Source: Heterodontus francisci (taxonomy: Eukaryota). From it: a DNA stretch of 64,000 bases. Where the stretch lies: positions 7,613,157 through 7,677,156 of the forward strand of contig NC_090418.1 in assembly GCF_036365525.1 (NCBI RefSeq), in the 5' to 3' direction. The notes beneath the pieces were generated by a model. The model was not told the DNA's origin. It did not search any database and was given only the letters and a program-made list of their open reading frames with translations. The position numbers were made by a program, and so were the translations under genes. Shown here one piece after another: positions 49,201 through 62,857 of the stretch (position 1 is the stretch's first letter; each line of letters begins with the position of its first letter).

Positions 49201-52200
49201 ATAAGGCGGTGGCTGTGGGGGGGGGGAGAAATTTGAGCGGGTAAGACTGGGGTGCAGTACTAGTGGGAACGGGTCTGTCTCCGTGCCACACTGTTTGTGT
49301 GCATTGGGGTACAAAGGAGTCTCATTTACCGCAGAGCAGACGCTGGCAGACTGCACGGATGATTTAATTGTAACTTTGCCTCCTTTGTGCTGACAGGGCA
49401 AGCTGGCTGCGTATTTCCTCAGTAGACTGGATACCGCAAGTCCACGTGTCCAGGAGGTAAGTACGGGCCAGTTCAGAATGAGATTTGATCTTATGGGTCC
49501 CGTTAGAAAGTTGTATGGGAGTTTGCTCGCTTGCTGGGAGTTCATTGTGCTGTCCCATGCAGCGATGAAATGCAGCCTTCCCATGGGTTATTTTGTTCAA
49601 GGCTGCCTGGCCTGTACAGGGGGGAGTCTCTGGCATCAAGCAGACACTGTGCGGAGAATCTAGCTGCCAACTAGCTTCCCAGCATTGCCTAGTATTTTCT
49701 AGGACCTGGGAGTTTGAATCCAGCCCAGACTGAGGGGATAAAAGACAAACCTGCATTTATGTAGCACCTTTGACAAGCTTAGGATGTCCCAAAGGGCTTT
49801 GCCAGCCAATTAGTACTTGCCAAGCGTCCTCACTGTAATGTAGGGAAACGCAACTAGCCAATTTGTGCACAGCAAGCTCCCACAAGCAGCAAGGGTGATG
49901 ATCTATTGTAGTGATGTTGGTTGAGAGATACAATGTTGGCCAGGGCATCCTGGATTAGATCTCCTGCTCAAATTTTCTGCCCCCACCTGAGAGGGCAGAT
50001 GGGGCCTCAGTTTAGCTTCTCATCCGATGGACAGCACCTCCCGACAGTGCAGTGCTCCCTCAGTGCTGCACTGGGAAGCGTCGGCCTGGATTATGTGCTC
50101 ACATGTCCAGAATTGAACCCACAACCTTCTATCTCGGAAGCGAAAGTGCTTCCGCTGAGCCATGGCTGACACTTGGGTGGAAGCCTCCTGTCTGTCAATG
50201 CCAAGAGTTGGTGTTTGTTACCAGTCCAGCCTGTGGATGATTTCTGCATGTTATGGCCTACAAGGATGGCTGATGTGACAAAGAAGACACCACAGTTTTA
50301 CCAGCGATGCTATTGAATGAAAAATTGGGAAGGGCAGGGCACTAGGAACATGAAGCCATTCAGCCCCTCGAACCTGTTCCTTCATTCGATTAGATCAAGA
50401 CTGATCAGTAACTTTACTCCATCTACCCGCCTTTGTTTCGTAACCCTTAATACTGTTGCTGAGCACCAACTTATCAATCACAAGTTTTTAAATTTTAATT
50501 GACCCACCCTCCAACCTCAGCAGCTTTTTAGGGAAGAGAATTCCAGATTTCCACTACCCTTTGTTTGTAGAAGTGCTTCCTGATATCCCTCCTGTGTGCT
50601 CTGATTTTAAGGTTATGCTCCCTTGATGGACACCCCCACCAGAATAGTTTCTATTTACCATATAAACACATCTTGATTAGATCACCCTTTAATGGTTTAT
50701 ACTCGAGAATAAAAACCTAATCTGTGCTACCTTCTCCTAATTGAACCCTATTAGCCTGGTGCGCTAGTGAATTTACTGGAGTGTGACTGAGTGGGTAGTT
50801 TTCAAAGAGCCAGCATAGGTGGAACGGGTTGAATGGCCTCTTCTGGGCTGTATAATGCTGATTCTACATCTGACTCTCTGCTCCTGTTCCCTCACTGTCT
50901 CTTTTTTTTTGCCAGCTGGCCTGTCAGTGCTATGTGCTGCTACCAGGCCTTGGCACCGGATTCGCTCAGGGCATGAAGTACGCGGAATCCTGGGGGCAGC
51001 AGTTGCACTGCCTCCTCGCGACGCTGCACAGCCTGCTGGAGCAGATGTACGAAGGGGCAGAAACTGGTGAGGGCAAAAGCAAACTCATCGCGGTCGTCTA
51101 GCAGTAAGAACTAAACTGAAAGATGCGCTGGCTACTTGGTGACTGATGGACAGCTGGTGCGGTAGTGTTTGCCGTGAATTTTAAATGAATCCAGCATGGA
51201 CGTGCCGACTGATCCCTGCTTTGCAGCAGCAAGATCATCCGGCAGTGATCATTCTTATTCACATTGAGGAGCCTACAGTGCAGGTCACTTACAAAGTTGA
51301 ACAAGCTAGGAAATAAATCAGGATTAATTGGGGAAAGTACTGCTTAGGTGAGGCCGAGATTGGATTGAAAGTGTTTTTTTTTTAACTCTTCCATGGGATG
51401 TAGGTGTCAGTGGCAAGACCAGCATTTGTTGCCCTTTCCTAATTGCCCTTGACAACGGAGTGCCTTACTAGGCCATTTCAGAGGGTATTTAAGAATCAAC
51501 CACATTGCTGAGGTTCTGGAGTCGCATGTGGGCCAGACCAGGTAAGGACGGCAGATTTCCTTCCCTAAAGGACAATAATGAACTAGATGGGTTTTTATGA
51601 CAGTCAATGATTAGTTTCATGGCACCATTACTGAGATGAATTTAAATTTCACCAGCTGCCATAGTGGAATTTGAACTGGTGTCCCCGTGGCATTATCATG
51701 GGCCTCTGAGTTACGGACTCAGTAACATTACCACCACACCACTGTGGCAAATTGGATTTTGCCCGAGTTGAAGTTTCTTAAAATTGTATAACACTTCAGT
51801 TCTGTTGGATTCAGCGCATAAAACCACACTGAGTGTTTGGATGCCCTAAGCTAGAGACGGTGAGTCTGTTTGGAGTTTGTATGCCCTTTACCATTCAGTG
51901 TAGGAGAGTTGGTTGTTCTCACTGTGCCAAGAGTTCATGTATTATGGGCAGGTCATAGCCTGGGAATTCTACAGTGAATAACTCATCCCCTGACTCCCCA
52001 AAGCCTGTCCACCATCTACAAGGCACAAGTTAGGAGTGTGATGGAATACTCTCCACTTGTCTGGATGGGTGCAGCTCCAACAATACTCAAAAAGCTCGAC
52101 ATCATCCAGGACAAAGTAGCCCGCTTGATCGGCACTCCCTCCACAACTGGCGCACAGTGGCAGCAATGTGAACCATCTACAAAATGCACTGCAGCAATTC

Positions 52201-55200
52201 AGCAAGGCTCATCCAAATCTGTGACGTCTACCACCTAGTAGGACAAGGGCAGCAGACACATGGGGAAAGCCACCGCCTGCAAGTTCCCCTCCAAGTCTCA
52301 CACCATCATGACTTGGAACTATAAGACCGTTGCTTCACTGGTGCTGGGTCAAAATCTTGGAACTCCCTCCCTAACTGCACTGTGGGTGTACCTGCACCAC
52401 ACGGACTGCAGCGGTTCAAGAAGGCAGCTCACCACCACCTTCTCAAGGGCAATTAGGGATGGGCAATAAATGCTGGCCTGGCCAGTGACATCCACATCCC
52501 ATGAACAAATCTAAAAAAATTATGTAAATGAACCAGTTAATTGTCTGGAGTGCGTCTCTGCGCTTTCTATGATAGATGTAATGGCAGCATTTCAGTAGCG
52601 GTTATACACCGTAAGATCTCTAAGAGCCCTGGTTTATTCAGATAGGCACCAATGATGGGTGCGCTCCAGATTGTAGGGGACCTGTGGGCCACTTGCAGGA
52701 GTGACTGATGATGGCGAAAGAATGTGCAGCAGCAAAACCTGAAAATAAGTCATAACGGTAGGAATGAAAATCGGGCGAGCGGCAAGTTGAAAATCTGTCC
52801 CCTGGATTTGAAAGGATTGTGGTGGGGAAACAGAGTTCGAATTTTGAGATCCTCGTCAGGGGAAATATTGGTCAGAGTGGGAGATGGATGATGAAACTGA
52901 TAAAAGTATTCTGAAATAATAAAAGCAAAATACTGCAGATGCTGGAAATCTGAAATAAAAACAAAGCGCTGGAAATACTCTGGTCCGGCAGCGTGAAACA
53001 GAGAACGTTTCGGGTCAATGACCCTTCATCAGAAAGTATTCTGCACCCCAGCACTTAAACCCCTTCACCCAGATGTATGTATTTTTCTGTAATTCTACCA
53101 GGACTGAGGGACTTGAGAAGTTGGGATTGTTCTATTTTGAGCAGAGGTGATTGAGAGAAAATTTAACAGAACTGCTCAAAATGATGAAGGATGTTGATAT
53201 CGGTTAGGGCGGAACTGTTTCCACTGGCTGGAGAGTCGATAACTAAAGGGGAAAGAGTTAAGATGATTGGCAAAAGAACCCAGTGAGAATTTCCTTTACA
53301 CAGCAAGTAGATGTGATCTGGAACGTGATGCCTGAAAGGGCGGTGGAAGCAGATTCAGTAACTTTCAAAAAGGAATTGGTTAAATACTTGAAAGGAAACA
53401 ACTTGCAGGGCTTTTGGGGGATCAGCCGCAGGTGGGGGGAGGAAAGAGGGTCGAATTGGATAGTTCTTTCAAAGAGCTGGCACAGGGATGATGGGCTGAA
53501 TGGTCTAGTGTGCTGTAAGATATTCTTATTTATTGAAAAACTTCTCTCTTAGGGAGGTTGTCTTTGTAATGTTGCTCTGTATTTTGGGACAGGACCAGTC
53601 CTGAATGCTACTGAACTCCAGATCTCCATCTCTCTTTGCTGCAGACCCGGTTCGTTACGAGGGACCCGGGGTTGACCTGCCCCTGCCCCTGCTGAACGAC
53701 AGCGACCCGTTCCATGTGCTACGGCTAAGGCAGCGGTTCTCCGCGCTGAGCAAGTGCCTCTCGCTGCTTCTCAGGTATGTCTCCATTCTCCTCGGCCCTC
53801 GCTGTCCGCAACCCTTCAACCGGTAGATAAACTGGTGCTGGGTTTTGAACAGCACCTGCTTCTCTAACAACCCTTGAGCACTTCACAAGAAAGAACTCGC
53901 GTTTGTGTAGTGCCTGTCACGACCTCAGGATGTCCCAAAGCATTTAGCAACTAATTAAGTGCCTGGCAAAGTGTGGTCACTTGTAATCAATGCTCGCAGC
54001 TTCAAGGTGAACTCCCAGGTCTTCGGAATAGTGGCTGTGGGATCTTTCCTGTCTGCCCAAGAGGGCAGACAAGGCATCAGGTTTGACGTCTCCTTGGAAT
54101 GACGGCACCTCGGTACGGCACTCCCTCAGTGGTGGCACTGGGACTGTCAGCCTGGATTTTGCGCTCGGGTCTCTGAATTGACGTTCTAACTCAAGCACCC
54201 ATGCTACCAGGCGAGTGTATTTATGGCTGACAATGTGGCGGACACCAAAGAGGGGAAGCAGCTACGGGGAGGGGTGGAGGAAGAGGGGCCGTGAAAGAGA
54301 AGGGTTTGAAGGATCTTAAGAGCAGTGGCTGCAGCTCTCGACGCTTGTGCAGACGGTCCTCTCCCACAGGTGTGCTGATGGAGCAGAGGAATGTTTGTCT
54401 GTCGGTGCAGGGATGTTTAGCAGTCAGTTGCATTTTACATTTGTGCAACAGGTTTTTTTTAATATTCTTTCATGGGATGTGGGTGTCGCTGGCAGGTCAG
54501 CATTGGTTGCCCATCGAGGGCATATGAGAGTCAACCACATTACTTTGGTTCTGGAGTCACCCAGTTCAGTTCCTTTAACTATGCGCCATCCCCCCCACCG
54601 CCCCCCCAACCCCGAAAGGCCTGCTAAGTGACCCAAACCCGACGACGTGTCGGGCCGGTAAGTATTGAAATTTTAAAACTTACCTGAGCTGCGAGTCCAG
54701 GACGAAACTGAGTCTGAGCAGTGAGCAGTGAGTGAGTAACGTCACTATGACGTCATCACACATGCGATGCAGCTTCGTGGAGCTTCCCAGTTGGAAGGTA
54801 AGTAAAGGGATGGTCGACTCGGGCTCGGGGCGAAAATTAGAGGGACTCGGGCCGGGTCCGCTATGGATCAGTTCGGGTCAGGTTCTTTTTCCTGACCTCA
54901 GCAGGCCTTTACCCCACCCCACCCCCAGCAATAAGACAAGAGTGTAATCCTGGGTCACCACATTTTAGACACATGACTAGCTCGTATGTCCAGGGAGTGG
55001 GAGCTTCTGTAATCTGGTAGGTCCCATTACCTGAAATCTTCATCCGGGGCACGGAGCTGATCAAGCGACCGGCAGTGAAGAGTTGCTTCATAGTGAAGGA
55101 TTTCTGACGTGCAGTTGTCATCTAAGCAAATGGAACAGTCGCCTTGCAGCTGGGAAATCCATGGGGTGGTAACCAGTTGGCCATCTTTTTGGTGCCACTG

Positions 55201-58200
55201 CAACCCTTGTTTCTTGCCTCTCCCCACAGACAGTGTGATAGGATCTTTAAACATCAGCACCCACGGGCAGATGGGCCTTTCGGCAACGCAGCACTCCCTC
55301 AGTCCTGCACCGGATTGGGGCTTGAACCTCTGACCCACAGGTAGCCAATTGAGCCAAGCAGGGATGCAGAGACTGTTGAGGTGTAGCGCAGCTGAGGGAC
55401 CTTGGGCGTCGGGAGACTGTAACTGGAGAGCTCGTTCAAATGGAGACTGTGTTTTTCCACAAACAGTGATAACTTGTATTTATAAAGTGCCTTTAGTGTC
55501 ATAAAATGTCCCCAAGATGCTTCCCAGGAGTGTTGTCAAGCAAAATTTGACAGTGACCCTATCAGGAAATATTGGGCCCTTGATGGCACAGCTGTTGGTG
55601 AGATATTTCACCGGTTCTGGCACATGTTGGTTCAGAGGGCCATTCCCTGTCATTTTGGGAAGGTAATGGGGGTGATGGGTAACTGAGAGCCTAGGGCTGA
55701 CAGACGATCCTGATCCCCACTATCGTGTGCTGTTCTTGTTATTGAGTGCTTTCTGTTCCGATTGGATAACGGGGAGCACCTTGTTCTTCGCTCTTTATTT
55801 ATTGTAGCTTTCCTGTCCCCTCCCTCACCCTACTAAGATCTGATGCTTCCTTCTCCTAATATTGCAGTTCGGATTTCCCAGTGCCTGTGAAGCTCCCGGT
55901 GCAGGATGTCCTGAAATTGGTTTGTCAGGTTTTGAACATCACCACCAAGAGCCTGGTAAGGAAGTGGGCACTGCAGACTTCCCCTTGACCTCTGACATTG
56001 AGGGTGTCCCTGCTGCGGTGCTCCTCAAAGCTTTTCCCAAGATCTGACATGTTTTTCCTCTTAATATCCTCAGTGTTAAAATGAAAACTATCTCCTGCTC
56101 TGTCCAGCTCCCACTCTTCAATGGAGACCTCTAAACCATGGTACTCCTGCTATTTCCTGTCCCTCCCTCGATCTACAGGCTGCTGAAATCCAAATCTTTA
56201 CATTCATGGCCTGTTGTTCTGTGGTTAAGCATTCCCTTTAGTTTATGGTCTTATTGAACTGACTTTGAATCTTTTGAAAATTGCTTTAGGTACATAGAAT
56301 TTACAGCACAGTAAACAGACCATGCAGCCCAATAGGTTAATGCTTGCATTTATGTTCCACACGAGCCTCCTCCCACCTTAGTTAATTCACTCTATCAGCA
56401 TATCCTTCTATTCCTTTCTCACTCATGCACTTAACTAGTTTCTCCTTAAATACATCTGCGGTGTTCACCTCGACTGCTTATGGTAGCGAGTTCTACTTTC
56501 TCACCACTCTCTGGGTAAAGGATAGTGTTAGTGGATTGTTTCTTTCTAATTTTCTCCTCAAATCATTGAAGTTCTTAAACATTGAAGATCAGATGTCATT
56601 TATGCAGTACATGCAATAGTTTTTAAGTGTTCAGTAAAAAGGCAGTACCAACCACATAACCTGATAGTTTGGTTGAAGATTCCAGCGTAACGTTGAGTTC
56701 TAAGCTCAGTATCTTTGGCTTTTACGAATCCAAATGTATTTTACAAACAGCCAGTGTTTACACATTTCTCTTACTTTCTGCCTCTACGCGACAATCCACA
56801 CAATTTTGCACTGCATAAAAGTTAATATGTTCTGTATAGGGAGAATTTACTTGCCTAATCCCTTATCAATAACTTTGGTTTTAACAAGTTCTTTTCCTGT
56901 AGACCGGTACGACTCCCTGTGTTGATAGTTTCGCTCTTGTTCTGTATTCTTGCTGTTCCACCAAAAGAAGTTTCTAATTAGAAGTCTGTCTTTGATTCCA
57001 GTCCACATTCTGACCACCCTCTGGGTCAAGAGTCGCTCGCCCTTGTCCCACAGGGTCGCTCAATGTGATGGTGCCATTGCACACCTCACTGTGCATGGAC
57101 TTGTTTGGGTGCTTGCTGCTTCTTGCTGCGCCCCACGCTGTTGCTTTAAAGTTTGAAATTTGGGTCTTGTCCTCTCAAATGCTTGTGTTTTTCCTAACGT
57201 TCTCTTACAGAGCTGGATGGGCGAAGGGCCGTTGAAAATGTTAGTCCTGCCAACTATCCACTGCGACACTCTGGACGTTCTGTCGGCGCTCATTATCGCG
57301 TAAGTGCACTGGGGTTCACTTGAGAAAGTTGCCCCTCCTGTTGGTAAACTGTCCCCCTCGTCCTGCCGCTCGGTGATGAGGTTTCCGTCTGTCAGGAATT
57401 ATCTGTGTGCCGATCACTTGCAGCAGCTCCCGGCAGCAGCTCTCACGAGTGATCGCGAGCGAATGTGGCTTTGGATAGGAGTGGAGGTCCACCTTTTAGA
57501 ATCGCATAGCACAGAAAGAGGCCAGTCAGCCCATTGTGCCTGTGCCCGTTCTTTGGGCGAGCCATCCCAATTGATCCCACTCTTCCAGCTCTTTCCCCGC
57601 AGCCCTGCAAATTTTTTCCCTTCAAGTATTTATCCAGTTCCCGTTTGAAATTTGCTATTGAATTGGCTTGCACTTCCCTCTTGGGCAGTGCATTCCAGAT
57701 CATAACCTGCTGTGTGGGGGAGAAGGATCATCTTATGTCACCTCTGATTCTTCTGCCCAATTACCTTGAACCAGACTGCTCTGGTTGCCGACAGTCTTCA
57801 AGGATCTTCAATTGGAAGTGCTGTTTCATGTTAATTAAAAGGTTCAGTCTTGAAGTCGGCCGCAAGTTCTGACCGCGTAGTATTTTAAAAATCCCACTGG
57901 CGTGTGCACTTCCTGTTCGAATATCTCGCTTGTTACTGCGATTTATTTGGTCCTTTTTTTTTTTCTGTCAAAATTCCCCATTGTAAACTGCTGTGCTAGC
58001 ATTACCTACTCAATTTTACTGGGTCAGTTATCAAAAGTAGGGCACTGTATTATAAAATGTAGGGGCCTGCATCATGTACAATGTAAAAGAACAAGGAGAA
58101 ACAATGTAAGTTAAAGGTAAGTTTTAAAGGGGCTGCAGGAACAGAGCGACCTGGGGGTAGATGTGCACAAATTGCTGAAGGTAACAGGGTAGATTGAGAA

Positions 58201-61200
58201 AGGGGTTAATGAGGCGTCGGGATTCTGGGCTTTATAAATACAGGCATCGAGTACAAAAGCATGGAAGATATGGTGAACCTTTTATAAAGCACAGGTTCGG
58301 CCTCAGCTGGAGCATTGTGTCCAGTTCTGGGCATTAGGAAGGATGTGAAGCCATTAGATAGGGTGAAACAAAGATTTATGGGAATGGTTCCAGGGATGAG
58401 GGACTTCAGTTCGGTGGATAGATTGGAGAAGCTGATTGGAGTGTTCTCCTCAGAGAAGAGATTTGATCGAGGTGCTCAAAATCATGAGGGCGGTAGACAG
58501 AGTAGGTAGAAACTGTTCCCATCGGTGGAAGGGTCGAGAACGAGACGATTTAAGGTTATTGGCGAAAGAGGCAACTGTGACGTGAGGAAAAATCTTTTAT
58601 GCAGTGAGTGGAGTGCGCTGCCTGAGAGCGTTGTGGAGGCAAATTCAATCGTGACTTTCAAGAGAGAATTGGAAAAGCAACTGAAGAGAGAAACTTTGCA
58701 GGGATAGTGCGGGTGAAAGGGACTAGCTGAGTTGCTCTTAGAGAGCCAGCATGGACAAGACGGGCCGATTGGTCTCCTGTGCTGTAACCATTCTCCGATT
58801 CTATACATTGCATGTTTGTATTACAAACTGTGTATATTGTGTTAAGCATATATTATGTATTAATAGAAATGTTTCATTTGTGTGTGGGGGTAAAACTATG
58901 TATTGTATATAAGGTACTGGCATTCTTGTGTAATAGGAACTATTCTTCATATTTGCCGATCATTGTCTTTCTTGATCCAAATTGTTTGGCTTGCAACAGT
59001 GAGTTACAACCTTGCTAGTTTTTGAGATGAGACGATCACTCCATTTTTTTACAACCCCCTGACATGACCCATTTATCACAACATGTTGATGGGAAAATTC
59101 AAGTTGTACTTTTTCTCGCTGCAGTTCCAATTAAATCATTGAGTCTGGGCAAAATCGAGGACTAAACTTAGAAAACAGTGAAACTTTTTTGAATGTTGGT
59201 GATTGCCTTTGTCCAAAGAATACAATTTGAATTGAGCACTTGCGGGTGACCTGTCTGTAACTCTTGCATCTGTCCATTCTCTCTGTTGGCGGTCGTTGAA
59301 AATGATACCCAGGATGTGAATTGGTTGTGTTCTGTGTTGACAGGTGCGGGAAGCATTTGCTGCGGTTTGCAGACGTCATCTGCAGGCTGTTCCCCCAAGT
59401 CCTGACCACATGGGGGACGCCCCGGGACACAGCGGTACCCGGACAGGAGAAAGCATACAGGTCAGAGTCTGTGCTAAGTGCCCAACTGGAATGAGCGCTG
59501 CATGGAACTTGTGGCACAACTTGAGCCTATGATGGATTATTTACTGGGTTTCTTTTTGCTGGTCACAGCATGCAAAGGCTTAAAATTGGTTCCTGCGCAC
59601 TGCAGTAAATGTGTCACGACAGTATCTACCCTGGCCATCTTCCAACAGGGGAAAGCATCCCAATGGTGCTTGAGGGAGAGTCAGAACAGATTAAGGAGTC
59701 TCAAATATTTCGAAGGTGACCAGCGGAAGAGAGTTTGTGAAGATTTCTCAGTGGAGAGGCTCAGGGAGCAAGTATCAGGAGAGCAATGCTGAGGCAGCTA
59801 AAAGCTAAAAATCAGTGGTAGGGCAGAGGGAGGGAAGCACAAAAGACTCCAGACCTAACATAGGGTTCAACAATTTCAGCTCGTAACCTCTGCCTCCACT
59901 TTGTTTCCTTTGTCTCTGCTGGTTTTGGTTTTTCTCTTTGAACAGCTGCTGTCCAAAAGCATTCTTCCATTCACACCTCCTGTAGGCCCATCTTTTTGTT
60001 TCTTTAATCTCTCCTACCTTGCACCCTATCAGACCTTCTCTTTTGTTCTTGCCACCCCCCCACTGCCCTTTTTTACCTGCTTGAAACCTACTACATCTTA
60101 ACTTTTCCCAGTCCTGATGAAAGGTCATTGATGGCCGTGCCTTCAGCTGCCTGGGCCCTAAGCTCTGGAATTCCCTCCCTGAAACCCCTCCAACTCTTCC
60201 TCGCGTCTCCTCTGAGGCGCTCCTCAAAACCCACCTCTGACGAAGCTTTTGACCATCTGCCCCAATATCTTATGCAACTTGGAGTGGTCACATTCCTTTG
60301 GAGCACCTTGGGGGCGTTTTACTGTGTTAATAGACTCTATATAAATGCAAGTTGTTGCAAGCGCTGCCCCTCAGCACTTGGTTAGAAATGAGCAAGGTGC
60401 GCATCGCCGTGGGCCTTAACCTTGTTGAATTGTCCTTCATCTGATCTGATCACCATATTTGCTCACGTGTCTCTGGCCCCAGTTTCGTTCGAGCTCTGTT
60501 TTTTTTTTTTTGCTCTCTGCTACCAAAATCGCATACAGGATTGACTGAGCATCTTGCTTACTGTGTAGGAGCTGAGAGTTGGAGATGATGCAGCCAGTCT
60601 GCATGGACTGGATGTCACTGGGATAGCAAGTGTTGGAACGCCAGCTCTGAGGATAGTGGTTATTGGGCTAGTAATCCAGAGTCTTGGACTACTGATCCAG
60701 AAAAAGTGAGAACAAATCCCACCTTGGAAGTTTGAGGATTTGGATTCAGTTTACATCTATTTTGTTATACTTTTCTGCATGCGTGCTCGCTCAGTTAAAG
60801 TGACCGTGAAGTTGTTAGATTGTTTAAAAACCCAGCTGGTTCACTAATGTCCTTTTAAGGGAGGAAACCTGCCGTCAATGCCCCCGTTTGCGCCTATATG
60901 TGACTCCAGTCCCCCTACCTTAATGATTGAACCTCAGCTGCCCTCTGAGGTGACCTAGCAATGCGTTCAAGTTGTATCAAACCACCAGCAGTGGTTCAAG
61001 AAGGTGGCTCGAGGGCAACTCAGGATGGGCAATAAATGCTGTCCTTGCCAGCGACGCCCTCATCCCGAAAATGAATGGGGACAAACAAAACTAAACTGAC
61101 GGAATTGTGTTTGCAGCTTGGTCAGAGTCAAGGCCTACGAGGTCCTGAGAATGTGGGTGAAGGTATGTGGAGCTTCCTCGGGAGTTCTGCAAGGAAAGTT

Positions 61201-62472
61201 CCATCATTCTGACGTCTTACTGGCCAATTTGATCAGTGATATCACTCCAGTAGTGGACACTATGAAGGTAAGAGGACAACTGGCAAGGAGGGTGGCTTTC
61301 AAGGAGAATAAAAATTTGTGTGCAAACTCAGAGTCTCAGTGGGAGATGGGGGGGGGGGGGGGGGTGGTGGGGGAGTCCATAAAGGAACATGGTCACTCAT
61401 TGACTCACCTCGTGAGTGGAGAGTGGCTGCTTGTGCGTGGCTCTAGAGGGCAAGTGAGTCCCCATGTGGGCACCAAATCTAATAAGAGAGCTGGAGGGGA
61501 AAATAATTTTGTCCACAAAAAAAAAGATTGATGCATTGTACCATTTTGTATTCTCGATGGGCTACTGACTTAGTGCCATGATCACAATGACTGTAAACCT
61601 TTAGTGTTGCACCCATCTACCGCTCCTCTCCTTTCGTCGGCGTGAAAACTTTTTAACTGTGCTGCCTCTCGAACTGGGGTGTGAGGCGAGGGCAGTTGTC
61701 ACTCCCTCCCTTCCCGCACGCATCACCATTTCCCAGTATCCACGCCCCCCCCCAACCCATGCCCAGCCAGCCAAGCTCAGAGTGGAGGTTCGTGGATGTG
61801 TGGGGCAGCCCAGGGTCGTGGGACAAGGGGTCGGGTCCCCATTCCTGCTCCGAAAGGCTTTTTGACCTTTACCCTTTCAGCTGCGGGCGGGAAAGGCGAC
61901 GGGGGATGTGGCCCAGCCGCTGAACTATGGCAAGCATAGCAACAAGAAGCAAAAGATGATGGACTTGAACGACGCTGCAGCTGTGCAAGGCCACAAGAAG
62001 CGGGATGCAAACGCGAACAGCGACGTCTGTCTGGCAGCGTTGAAAGGTACTTGCGGCGACTTTCAGTGCTGGGCGCTGGTCACGCCTTTGTGTTTTAAGA
62101 AGGTCGCTATCCTTATTGCGATGAGCGTGGACGGAAGTGCAGTTTATAAACCAAGTTATATCGTATTTCTGGCGTCCGTTTTCACCTCGTTACTTTTTTT
62201 TATTAGTTTGTGGGATGTGAACATCGCTGGCAAGGCCAGCATTTGTTCCCCATCCCTAATTCCCTCGAGAAGGTGGTGGTGAGCTGCCTCCTTGACCCGA
62301 TGCAATCTGTGTGGTGTAGGTGCAGCCACGGTGCTGTTAGGGAAGAAGTGCCAGGTTTCTGGCCCAGCGACAGTGAAGGAACAGTGGTATAGTTGTGAGG
62401 AGAACAGAGCAAAATGGAAACATGCTCACCTTGGAGCTACATGGCTCGTTTCTGTTTGTTAGCTCCTGAGTC

Positions 62473-62510
<38 letters not shown>

Positions 62511-62857
62511 TGTGTGTTCACTCTCATCTGTGGGCACTAGGTGCGGGCACTGCTATTCTTCAATCCGCCGCATACAAAGGACGCTCACCATCCATCTGCT
62601 TCTCTGAGACCAACTCTTCTCCCCTCCGTCCCTGGGACCAGTATTGTTGGCTCTCTGAATGGACTCTACTGAAAGGTTCATGTAAGGCCAGAAGGTACAG
62701 GTTTGGTGACCCTGTCCTCCTCTGGTCTGTTGTCTTCGTCACTGACTGCAGTCCCTAATTCTTTGCTTTGTGTTTTTCTCCGCTGCTGCCCTCTTCCCCA
62801 GTTTGTAGCGATGTGGTCCTGTCCTGCGGAAGCCTGTTGAAGGAAGAAACTCACAAG
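46252..62857 (+). CDS. PELP1: Proline-, glutamic acid- and leucine-rich protein 1 (Rix1 homolog), 3'-partial. Exons 46252-46419, 47492-47556, 47653-47758, 47894-48043, 48889-48960, 49397-49456, 50916-51066, 53645-53774, 55868-55955, 57211-57299, 59344-59460, 61117-61267, 61881-62046, 62802-62857
   Basis: 14 GT-AG exons splice into 523 uninterrupted codons matching PELP1: [79 protein letters not shown]; several LxxLL motifs. The Pro/Glu-rich C-terminal exons lie beyond the window. Confidence 0.96.
46480..47305. repeat. C-rich low-complexity tract plus a 22-bp minisatellite (CTCTCCCCCCACCTCGGCTCTT, about 15 copies) in PELP1 intron 1
   Basis: Directly visible; the array spans about 46960-47305. 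Confidence 0.92.
46605..46787. other. Assembly gap (183 N)
   Basis: Run of N inside the C-rich tract. Confidence 1.
54614..54911. mobile_element. MITE, probably hAT-like, in PELP1 intron 8
   Basis: TIR AAAGGCCTGCT (54615-54625) / AGCAGGCCTTT (54900-54910), subterminal CCCGA/TCGGG repeats, imperfect C-rich 8-bp flanks. Confidence 0.62.
58050..58800 (+). mobile_element. CR1 LINE fragment; similar fragments at about 53100-53520, 63040-63500 and 63830-64000
   Basis: Decayed ORF2 C-terminus ([20 protein letters not shown]) and 3' UTR. Confidence 0.78.
62476..62516. repeat. (TG)n microsatellite
   Basis: Direct observation. Confidence 0.95.

Noticed and set aside
52703-52745. CTGATGATGGCGAAA as a hammerhead, or TGATGA..CTGA as a C/D snoRNA
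   Set aside because: No stem I/III pairing or UH site; the box spacing (about 37 nt) is too short and there is no terminal stem.
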